Source: Candidatus Tantalella remota (lineage in GTDB: Bacteria; Omnitrophota; Gorgyraeia; Tantalellales; Tantalellaceae). Taken from it: a stretch of DNA of 64,000 nucleotides. The stretch covers positions 8,113-72,112 of the forward strand of contig JAVCCB010000015.1 in assembly GCA_030765685.1 (NCBI GenBank), written 5' to 3'. Below are positions 12,001 to 24,000 of this stretch, one piece after another (the first letter of the stretch is position 1; the number at the start of each line of letters is the position of its first letter). The notes under the pieces are model-generated. The model saw only the letters and a list, made by a program, of their open reading frames with translations, was not told the origin of the DNA and searched no databases. The translations under genes and the position numbers were made by a program.

Positions 12001-15000
12001 ATACACGGACGTCCTGGAAAAGTTAGCGGGTCCCGATGCGGTGTTGGACACGGGGCAGGTCAAGAGGTTGGAGTCTGTCAAGGTTGAGTTCAATGTGGGG
12101 GACGGGGTATCGAGGGTTCAAGCCGACGAGGTAAAGAAGATTTCCGACGCTAAAGATGTTAAGGAAGTTGTGGCGGAAGAAGAGCCGTTAGAACCGAAGA
12201 TATATTCGGGTTCCGAGGCGGACAGTAAGAGAAGAAATGATCTGGAAAATAAACAGAAGGGATATGCGCGCGGAATTTTTGCGGTATTCAATTCCCTTTT
12301 TAGAAAAAACTTGAACGCGGAAGAAAGACTGGAGCTTGCCGAAATATACGCTAAAGACGGCCAGTATGCAAGGGCTATAAGGCAACTGAATAAGGCAAAG
12401 ACGCTGTCTCCCGAGGATATGTCAAAAGCCGCCAAGTTACGTGTATTCTGTACCTTGAAGATGATCGAAAAACCGCGATGGAACCCGACACGCGTATTCA
12501 CCAGATACTGGACACTGAACAGGTCTTTAAAACGCCTTACGGCGTTGGGTGGAGATAATGTCTTGTGGGCGCAATGGGTAGCCAGCACACAACCGGTTTC
12601 CTTTTTTGGCATGTTAAGAGGTGTCGATCCCGTAGCGGCAGAGAACGCTTTTGCGGATATAGGAAACGCATACCGGGCGGCCCCTGAGGACATGACAGGG
12701 GAGTCGGAAAAATCAATATTGGAGTCCGGATTGAGGGTTCTCGTGTCTTCAAGAAGAAAAAATGAAGCGACAGCGGCAGCTGTTCAGAAGATTCTGGACT
12801 CAGGTGATATCCCGGAAGACTCGGAGTTGTTCAAGAAAGCGTCGGAGAACCTGGAGAACAAAGAGGGTGATATCGCGCGAAAGGCCCCGGGAAGGTTCTC
12901 TACGGTGCCTCTCAGGTTTAGGCTGTGGGATGATAATTCGAAGCATATAAATGGGATAGACGACAAGCTGGCCGACGAGAGGCGTAATAAAAAAGGGGAG
13001 AAGGAGCATAACCCCAAGTATGAGAGAAACCTAAAAAAGAGAGAAAAACTAGAAAATAAGCGGCACGCGATCGAAAAAGATAACGCCGAACATGAGAGAT
13101 CCATTTTGCGGAGGTACACGTTGTATATGAAGGGTAAGACGGCACTTCCGGGGGTTTTGTCCAGGGTGGTTGAAAGCGGCAGGTTTAAGGATTTTATGTC
13201 CACCCTTGCAGGTAGAGACGATCTGACTCCGGAAAAATTCAGGATGGAACTTGACAATATGTCCCGTCTGAATGACGCAGATTCCGCCAAGGATTTTCTT
13301 GAGGTCGTATTCACAGAGATGTGGCTTAGTAACGGGTTTGGACGGGACTATAATGCTGATAATCCGCCAGTTGGTGTTGTGACACTTGGTGGCGGGATTA
13401 TGAAGTATTGTGAGAGGCTTATCGAAATGTACAATAAGCCGGGTAACAGCTATTTTAGGGGAACTCTCATCGAGGCGATGAGAAAGATCTCCAAATACAG
13501 AGAATTCGGTGTATTAGAGGGGGGGCAGTATGACCGGATCCCGGTCATGGGTGAAGTTATCAGACTCCTTTCAGCCAATGCGGCAAAGGATGAGGCTATG
13601 GAGGACCTTATCAGGGAACTGACTACCGACGCGATGAAGGAGAGAGGGAAACTTCTGGGTGACGCGAAGAAAGAGAAAAATGCCGTGAAAAAGCGGAAAC
13701 TTGAGGTAAGGGCGTCAGACTATCTTGAAGATCCCGGGACTGTTTTCGGAGGGCTTTTACGGTTTTACCGCGCAGGAGCTTTAGTCACCGGACTTGACGG
13801 GGAACAGAGGAATGCCAGAATGGAACCTGTGTTTACGCTGGTCAGCGCATGGTACGGGAGCGCGGCCGCGTCGGCACTAAGGGCGATGATCAAAAGAGCG
13901 GTTGCGGAGGAAGAGGATCAGGCTGTTTTGATCAGGAAACTGGAGAATATACTTTCGGATATAGATTTTACCGGAAACGGTAAATCTCTGGTAAAAAGAC
14001 TTTTAGGAAAACAATACCTCTCTCCTGAAGATAAAATAACGCTACTGTCTAATTGCGGGGATATTCTCAAAACGGGAGAGAAATTGCGGCGTGTTATGGA
14101 AATGGCTATACCGGGAGTATCTTCCGGAAAGGAATATCTTTATGTACTGAAAAAACTCAAGGAATTTCTTAAAAGATCAAATGACAGCGACATAACATCC
14201 TCTAGAATAAGAGAGTTGTCGGACGAAGTCCTCCTGCCCCTCCCTCCGGACACTCCAGAGGTTCTTTCTGTAAAAATAGACATTATTGCTCTGGTGCTAG
14301 ATAAAAGAAAGGACATTACAGCAAGTGACCGTTCAGGATTGGACAAAACTTTTGGTGAGTTGAGGTCCAGCCTGGCCAAAAAACTGGATGAAAGAAGAGC
14401 AAATGAGGAGGACGGCGAGGTAAGGGCTACTCTCATGGAGATGCGAGGACTTTTAAAAGCGTCTGAGATATACGAGAAAAACGGTGAGTTTGACAAGGCC
14501 GAGGAGGTTCTTAAGAGGGCGATAGGTCTTTCCAACGCTCTTTTTGAAAAGAATATGGAACTCAAGAAAAAGAGCAAGCCGATCCTTACCATAACGGATG
14601 ATTTTAAGAGCACGGCGTCTGAGCTGGCTGAAAGGATGACGGGACTTCTCAGAAAACGGGGAAAAAATTATGAGGCTGAGATGATGAGAGGTTCAGGGTA
14701 TAAACTTCTGGCTGGCTACGAGATAGCAGTTGAGGGAGTTCCCGCCGGTGAATATTTAAAAAAAGCGAGAGAGGCGCTCAATAACGCTGACAAACTCAAA
14801 CCGGGGCAGAAGGAAGTCTCACTCGGCAGGATGGAGGTGGACAGCCTTTCTTTGCAGATAACCATGGATAGGTCACAGGAGTTTTCCGCCAGGCACAAAG
14901 AAGAATCGGAAAAACTGGAAAAGCTAGAAAAGGAGATAAAAGATCTGAGAGAAACTATCAGTAAAGCCGAGGTGAAGAGGGCGGCGGATATAGAACAGGC

Positions 15001-18000
15001 ACAGTTGAACCTCGACGCGGCGGTGGCTGCGGGTAAGGAAGATGTTCGGCTCCTGAGGGAGAAACCTCTGGCGGCAGAGAAGCAAGAGATGACCGACCTA
15101 TTAGTTGAAGAAGCAAAAAAGACGGCACGTGCCACTGAAATTCGCCGGGAAGTCCAGGACCTCAGTGATAAAAAACAGAAAATGGAAGCTGAACTGGATA
15201 AAGTCGCAGGAGCAAACAAGGCCGCTATGAACGAGTCTATACGAGCGGCTTTCCGGACCATAGCCAATGGCGGGTATGATCCGAATGATGACGCGGTTAC
15301 GAAGGCGATGGGGTTTCTCTCTCGTCTTCCCGCTAGATTTAATAACCGGATTTTGCGGCAGGTGGATATGATGAGCGTTCGCGCGGATATTCTGAAAGGA
15401 AAAGAAAGCATCAACAGGAAGGGGTTTATTGAAAAACTTCTGATGGATATATATTTCAGGGGAGAATGGAAGATGTTTTCATCCGGGCTGGATTCTTTGA
15501 GGGCGAATGCCGGTGAAGATACCATAAAGCTTAACGTCCTGGGCAGGGAAAGGGTGTTTGATTCGGCAGTACTTATCGATTATATCGTAGAGAACACGCC
15601 GGAAAGTGAGAGACCGACACTGACCGGGAAACTATCGGAAATAATGACCGCGGCCAGATTAGCCCGGAATCCTGTTCTGCAGGCGGAAGCGTTCGCGGGT
15701 ATTTACGGGACGCTTGAGCTTGAAGGGGACATCAAACTGACAGCGGATGGCAATTTTGCGGAAGGAGGTTCTATAAAAAGTGATGAAATTAAAAAGGATG
15801 TCCTCATACCGCGTGTGAAGAAGATCTTTGAAGAAAAACAAATGCCCGGTTCGGTAACCGGCGGAACGGACATGCCGGCTCTCCTCATATCATTCATGGA
15901 AAACATCAGGAAAAAGGGGACAAAATGGGATGATCTTAAAAGCTCTGGCAAGAGGGTGGAAAGAGTAGAACTTGTCATGGACCTGAACATAGAGATGGAA
16001 TCGCCCGACACGGAAACTGAAGGGATGAAGGGAAACGCCAGGGCCAGGTTCTATGGCGGTATTAGGGAGAGGGTCGGCAGTGCGACCGAAAGAATAGCAG
16101 TGATAGGGAAACTCGGAAATGCCGAAATAGAAAAAGAAGACCCCGACCCCGAGCAGATCGAGAAACTCGCTGAAGAACTCTTTGATATCGATGAAGGGTC
16201 TGATACTGCCGGATATTTTCGTGGGGTCGCCCGATACATTTCAGGCGTTTCCGAAACAGATGAGGCTGAAGGGCTAAAGAGGTTTGCCGTTATCGAGCCT
16301 CTTAAAAAATACCTCAAGTCTAATCAGGAAGACGAGACGGCGCGTGTGTTTCTGGCAGAAGTCTACGTGGATCTTCACTCTGAACTTTTTGGGGGCAACC
16401 CACGGGGGATCGCGACCCATCTGGAAGTCTCTGAATATTTTTCATCACTATCCGACTTTTATCTGGAAAAGTCCCGGAAAAGCAGGGCTGAAGGTGATAT
16501 GGACGAGGCAGAGAGTAGCCTGGAGAAGGGTGCAGCCTATATCGTGAGGGCTATCATGTCCAATCCCAGAAACGGTGCTTTGGTGGTTAAGAGGATGTAT
16601 ATATCTAAAGAGATGGGACGCGATGATCTGGTTGTGAGTGATGCTGAATGGGTTTTAGCAAGGGTGGAAGTGTCGAAGGAAAAGAGGATGTTCAATCTGA
16701 CAGTGACGAAGGAAGACAAAAAAAACACGAAATTATTGCTTGCCGACATGGAGGCGAAAAGGGGGGATCTTGAAGCCGCGCGGAGGCGACTTGGAAAAGG
16801 AATATGGTTCACGGTAGGGAGCCGGATGATCACATCGGGTTCCGCGGCAACAGGGCTTGTCATGGCGGCAGTTTCCGCTCTTTCAGGATATCTTGTGCCG
16901 TTGGCTCTAAGAACGATCTTGTCCTATGCTTCGAAGTTCGCTTTTGAAGGTGCGCTTTCGGCCGCGGCGTCATTCACAGCGGGTAATCTTTATGTGATGG
17001 GCATAGTAGGATTGTTGACGCTGGGGATACTCGCATATCGTTTTACCAGGGACAGGGTGTCTGTCGAAGTGGCAGCGAGGATGTACCTGGTATATACCGG
17101 CCTTGGAAACCAGCAGATGGCGGGAAGATATGAAAAATATCTTTACCGGATCATGGGAACGGCTAAGGATTCACTTGAACCGGAAATCCTTGAAAAGGTG
17201 GCGGACGCGCTCGAGGCCGGAGGAACCTACGAAAGTCTTTCGGGTGCTATAACTCTCAGGGAGACTAGGAAGGCTTCGTCTTTTGTCGATAATGACGCTG
17301 AAGACAGGAAAATAGCGGATCTGCGCGTCAGGCTTTCCTCGATGAAGAAACCCTGGAGTGTTTTCAAGCCCCGGACATGGAAAATACGGAGATCTGTCCG
17401 GGAAACGGAAAAGAAGGAAAGGCGGGAGAACCTGTCCAGCGCGAAAAAGACGTCGCCGGACCTGACAACCATTGCAAATGACGCCTTGATCAGGATGAAT
17501 ATGGAAGATTTGAGAGCTCTTGAAGCGAAGCAGAGCCGCTTTAAGAGATTGGGTGGAGTATGGTTGATAGGGAGGTTTCTTAAGGATGTTGCGCCCGGGG
17601 TAGCCGCACTTTATGTCAGCAACTCCGAACTGCTCTTTGAGATGTTCGAAAGCGAAACGGATCCGGCAAAGCGGGATGAAGCCGTGTTGGAACTTGAAAA
17701 AGCACGCGATGTATTCAAAGGAGAGCTTTCATCAGAGCATCGGGATCTTCTTTCCAGGATAAACGTTAGTATCGGGGACGATATGGCTAGGGAAGGGCGC
17801 TATGATGAGGCGCTTGAAGTTTACGAGATAGCGGTTGGCACAGATACGGGCAATCCCGACAATGCTAAGGCTTATCTCGGAAAAGCGGACGTTCTCGAGA
17901 AAATGGGCGCTGATCCTTTGTATGTAGCATCCGAGATGGAAAAAGCCCTGCAAAAAGACGCCGCTCTTGACGGGGATGGAATGGTTTATTCGAGAAGACT

Positions 18001-21000
18001 TTTTGATATATATGTGTCTCAGGGAGATGTGGAGGGGGCCGGGCGTGCTACCAGGGGGATGGAGGAAGTGCTGTTGGACCGGGAACTTGAGACATTACGG
18101 CAACTTATCGAGAACATAGGTTCCGAGGCTGAACAGCTACAGAGGATAGTAAATAGGGGGGTACGCATCAGCGAATTGGAAAAGAAGATCGCCGCTGCGG
18201 AAACCCGATATAAGGAAGCCACGGAGGGCTTATCTCCGGATGTGGTCAGCGGCCAGGTTGTTTTTTCATCTGAGATAACGGATATAAGTATAGATAAGCA
18301 GGAACTAAAAAGAAGAAAAGACCTGCTCGCCCGTCAGAAAGAGGAATACCTTGCTTTGATAAAACAAAGGGAGATCTTTAACCAGGTCATAGGCAACGCC
18401 AGAGGAAAGCCTGCTGACCAGGGTATAAGAGATCTGGAAGTTCTGGATGAACTTCTTGATAAGGACCTCAGGTCTGACAGGAACATAATCGTGCCGATAC
18501 ACCTCGCCTTAGCTGAACTTTATAGAGATACGGGAGAACATGAAAAAGCGCTGGATCACGCCAAAAGAGTATATATAAGCTATTTAGAAATAAGCCCCGC
18601 CGGATTGCCATCTTCCGGGCTCTCGCAGGAGGAATCTATATTGCTGACCAAAGGGCAGTTGCTATATGCGGATCTTCTTCTTGGCACAGGGAAGAAAGAG
18701 GATCTGGATGAAGCATTCCTTCTGCTAAGACGAGCTTCGGAGGAAAGCGCCTCGCTTAACGAAAAGTTTAGGGACACGCGTGTCTCGGATGAAGCTATTA
18801 ATGTATTTAAGAAGGCCCTGAGAGCGATGTCGGAATCGGATATCACAGATACCGAAAGGTCCGGGCTCCGGACAGGCGTGTTTTATGTGTTTGCCAAGCT
18901 GCCGTCACCGGCGAAGGATACAGAGGCGGCCGGTATGGTGATTAATCTGGCCATGGAAAACATTGATAAGGAGGCAAGAGACTTTATCACGGCCGTGCTC
19001 TTGGAAAAGAATGAAAGTGACGCCGTGAAAACGTCTTTTCTGCAAGTTATGGCGGAAAAGACGTCCGCAAACGGGGACGTCAGAGAAAGCCTGGAAAGTT
19101 TCCGCGGAGTCCTGGATTCTGCGGAATTTCAGAATGCCACGACCGGCAAGCTCAGGGCAAGCGCCGGTCTTTTATCAGGGATGCTCGAAGGGAAAGGCAG
19201 AAAAGCGAGAGCGCGTATACGCGAAGCTGTAAAGACCGACGAAAGTCTTGAAACCCTTTCTTATATCGCGCACCTTCTGGCCGGTACATACGCCTGGTGG
19301 AATCCGGCGGGATGGATTTCCCGTTGGAGGACAAGCAGGGATCCGGCTGTACGGGCGCAGAACCGGGTCGTGAGGGCAGGTAAAGCTTTGGCTACCGGCT
19401 GGCATCACACGGCGGTAAGACATTACGAAACGGCGACAAAGATGGACGATTCTCTGAAGGGGGATGAAACACTGCGCAATGCCCTTGCCGGCGCGTACCG
19501 TAACGATAAGGGAAGTTTATGGAAGAGGCTAGTCAGGGCCATGGGAAGACGTCTGGACCGGCAGGAAAAAGCTGTGTCATGGAGAATAGACCGTTTGAAA
19601 AAGGCCCTGGATACGGCGGTTGATGAGACCGTAAAAGCCGATATCAAAATGGAGCTTGTGGGTGCCATGGAGGGGATGGCGGATGTTATCCAGGCACGAC
19701 TCGAAAACCCGGGCCTATTGGGCAGGATGATATATTCAAGACGCGAAAAAAAGCGTAACGAATACAGGGCGGAAAGTTCAAAGATAATGACAGAGGTCGG
19801 TGATCTTTATCTCGAGATCATGAGGTTTCAGCAGAAAAATGGAGAAATCGATGAGGCGAGGGACTCTTATGAAGAAGCGAAGAAAGCTTTTCGAAAAGCA
19901 GTGAAATTCGACGGTAGAAACCGTCAGGCGGAAGAAAGAATTAAGTCTCTAGGAGAGGAGATGTCTGTTGAAAAAAGCGCGGAGGAGCTTGTGAAAGAAG
20001 CATCGGTGGAACTTGAATCAGGAAATGTCGAACAGGCGTTATCCCTTATCGATTCCGCGGTTAAAAAGGATGAGAACGCTGAAGTCCAGGATGTTTCCGG
20101 TCGGATAGAGAAGCTTAACGCGGCTTTAGACGCGTTAATGGATTATTTTGTGAGAATGAGTTTTCAGGCGGATTACACTAAGGCGAATGAGCCTGAGCAG
20201 AAAGTGAGCGTAAGGACAAGCGCGATGAACGGTCTTTCGGGCACAGCCACAAAGGTCCACGGTGAGCGTGAAGAGATCGTTGGTAAATGGCTGGAGTTCC
20301 AGACTGATATTTCGGAAGATGCCCGCAGGTCCGCGTTAGCGGCCCTGAGTGTTATGACGCTGAATAATGCTGGTAATGAAGTGCTTCAGGTAGCGGATGA
20401 TGTAAGGGAAGCTTTTCTGGCAAGATCCATGGCTCTGTCAAGAAAGTTTCTTGATGAAGGCAAGGCCGCGCAGGCTAAGTATCTTCTGGGGATACTTGAA
20501 ACGGCCGGGGATGCGGACGCAGACAGAGCAGCGCAGAGAGATTTTTTGATGTTGCGGGCGGATTTTTATCTGTTTGCGGGTGATGGAGATGTCTCGGTAA
20601 AAGATATTTCGGCAGCGGTAGGGAAAACGAAGATAAATGATGTTCTTAATGACAACCGGAGAGGGGAAAAAGAAAGGGCGATGCTTGCTATTGCCGTGGC
20701 GTCGTCGTTTGCTGATAAAGCGGGCAGTCTGAAAGGTTTGAGAGGGCGTGAGGATGAACAGAAAACTGCCATAGATAAAGCCATGATCAAGCTCAGTCGA
20801 GCCATAGATCTTGATCCCTCTAATTCAAAGGCGTTGGATATTTTGGCAGGACTTTATGATGAGAAGATGCTATCAGACAAAAAGTTCTTTGATAAAAACA
20901 GCAGACAGATAGAGAAGTCAGTAGGGGGTATCCCCGAGAAAAGGGCATCCCTGAACGTTCTCAAGACGATCTCGGGATTATCCTTGAGCGGGGAGATCTC

Positions 21001-24000
21001 AGGTCAAAAGGCCGATATAGCTTCCGGGGCATTATTAAAGCTACAGGATGTGATAAACGTTGATGAGCTGTCGGGAGAAAACGCTGCGGATTTCATGAGA
21101 AGTTTATTGCCGGGGCTACATGCTGCTGCTGTTGCTTCCGATGACGCGGATTCGGCAGTTAAGATGGCCGGTATAGCTGAAACAGTGAACAGTATAAGAG
21201 AAGAGTATGCAAAGGATGAGATATACAGATACAATGCGGATATTGATATTGTATGCAGGCTTGTTTCCGCTTATCTTTATACTATTGCCGGGCAGGTGGG
21301 GAAAGCCTCGGATATCCTTAGTGATATACACCCAATAAGGGCGCCAGACAGGGCTGAATGGTGGTTTGTTCAGCTGCGTATCGCTTTAGACGGAGAGGAT
21401 ATAGACCGAGCCGAGTTCGCCTTGAAAGAAATAGCGAGATTTAATCCCAGCCTTACGCCTATTGCCAGAAAGATCCTCGCTGAAAAATATCAGGCGGGCG
21501 CCGCTTCCATGACATCAAGCGCTAAATTGATGTATCTTAAAAAAGCTGTTATGCATTGGCCGGATTTTGAACAGGCGCACCTGGATCTGGCCGCGGAGTA
21601 CGACAGTATGAAGAAGGGGGACGATGCCCAAGAGCACCGGTCGGATGCGCGAAGGGCAGAACAGTATGCTAAGAGGAACGGGCGGTCCAGAATGCCGTCG
21701 GCGTTTAGTATGACGAAGAAAAGTGAATTTATAGAGCATGTATTTCGCGCCCCGGTTGTCGAACAGAGTAAGCATTTCTGGATACCGATGCTGGGGCTTA
21801 TGGGCGTGGTATTTTTGAACTGGGCTATGAATTTTCTGCCAATGGGGAGTCTTTTATCCGATACGGTAATTAAGTTGGGATTTGTTCTGGCACAGATATT
21901 TTTCAGTCGCGCTTTTGTTAACAGTCACATAGACAAAAGGCTTACGCCGGGAATCGTATCGCTCGCTAACATATCTATGAATGCGGGGCTTCTGGCGATG
22001 GAGATGTCACCCATATACCACATGATGGCCTATTATGTACTTTCCATGGTAGTGCATGCCTTGATGAACGTAACGGTTTTCAGCGTTGACCGGATGATGG
22101 GGCGTAGGGCCCTCGGTTACGCGACAATAGAGACGGAGGGAAAGCCTGCTGAGGTAAGTGAGGACGCGGTAGCACCGGTGAAAAAAGTGCGTCAAGCGGA
22201 ACCGGGCGAGAAGGATTTTATAATTCTGGCCTCGGCATATAATGAGGGCGCGGTTATACAGGGGGCACTGGAAAAAGCCAGGCAGGGCGGTTACATCGAC
22301 AGTCTGGTGATAGTCAATGACGGTTCTACAGATGATACGGGCAGTATTCTTGACGAGTACGCGCAGTATGGACTCGTTGTCATACATAAAGAGAATACCG
22401 GAAAACCCGATTCGATGAAACAAGTTCTCAGACAGCTTCAGCAGAGTGGTGAGCTTCCGGAATTTGTAGTTACTACTGATGCGGATTCATTCTTTGCCGT
22501 TAAAACAGATACCGGAGTATCTGTAATGAACAGTTTGTCCGAAGCCGTGGAATATTCTCGCGGGAAAGGACTGTCAGCGGTCGCGCTGGATATCATGCCG
22601 ACTATGGAGAAAGGGTCTTTTGTTGAGCATATGCAGACATTAAAGTGGCGTATGACTAATAATTACCTGAGATACGTAGGGGGTAGTGTCGCCGGCGCCG
22701 GTGGACTGTATAACTCACAGCGGTTACTTTCAGCTATGGAGCAGCATTCAGGACGTTTCAGCGCGGAGGACACGGAACTCGTAAGTATAATCAGAAAAGA
22801 AGGCGGCAGTACGGGGAAATACAGAAAAGGCGTCGAGGTGAGGACAGATATCCCCAGGACCATGAAGATGTTTTTTAATCAATACAGGAGGTACGGACGC
22901 GGGTTTATAGAGCAGTTCAAGTTGAAGGATTGGCGAACGTCGTCGGCGGTCCTTTTTGGTCTAGTGCTGGGTATTTTTGCCGTGTACTATTATCACATTT
23001 CTTTAGGGCCAGGGGCGCTAGGGTTGATAGTTTCGGCGGGGTTGGTGCCCAAATTCGCGGCTATCATATATATGGCTTCCATGATCCCGATGATACCCGT
23101 TATTGTGAACATATGGCGGGACAGAAATATGTCTATTTCCCGTAAAGTCGCACAAACTTTATATGCTCCGGTATATCCGGTATTTGAAACTCTTATGTTG
23201 ATCGTGGGGACTTTGGCGGCTATAGCGGATATGGCGAAAGAAAAGCTCACTAAAAAGGCGAAAGCTCCGGCGGCGAAACCCGCGCCGACAGTGCCTGCTG
23301 TCGTAATCGTGGGTGTTGTGGATGGAGATGAAGAGGATATCACGCGATTGAACGAGCAAAACCCCGGTATCGAATTTTTTGCTGTCGATCGTGCAGGTAC
23401 GGAGACTATGACGGCTGTCATGGAATCTATGGCAGGTCCCCGAACCCGGTTTCTTGTGGATATGTCGCCGGACGTTCTTAGCGGTAATATCGGCAGAATA
23501 GTGAAAGACGCCAGGATACAGGCGTTCGCGAATGAATACCCGTATCTTGCCGGTCTTGATTCGGCATCAGTCGCGGCTTTGCAGGATGCCGGAGCCAGAG
23601 TGGCCTTGAACGTAATTACCGGGGGGCTTCCCGATGAAGCGCCGGTCAACGATATGTTGGGAGAGCTTTTGGCGGCGTACAAGCCGGGGGCTGAAGCTCC
23701 GGCCGGTACTGAGCTGACTTCTGAGGCGCAGGAAACTCTGGTACGTCAGGACGTGGAAGCCGAGAGTGCCGTAAGAAAAGCCGCGAGTAAAGGCGAGCCG
23801 ACAGAAGCCGCCATGGTTACGGCGAAAGGCCTGCTTGCGAATATGCGGGACTTTATAGCAAGTGTTAAGCCTGGTGATGAGCCCGATGTTTTGGATAGAC
23901 ATGAGGATATAGCTATGGCTCAGACGACAGAAGACGATCTTCTCGGCCTTCTTGGGGCAGTGGGCACTGCTGATCCGGCGCTCGGACCCCAGACAGTTGT

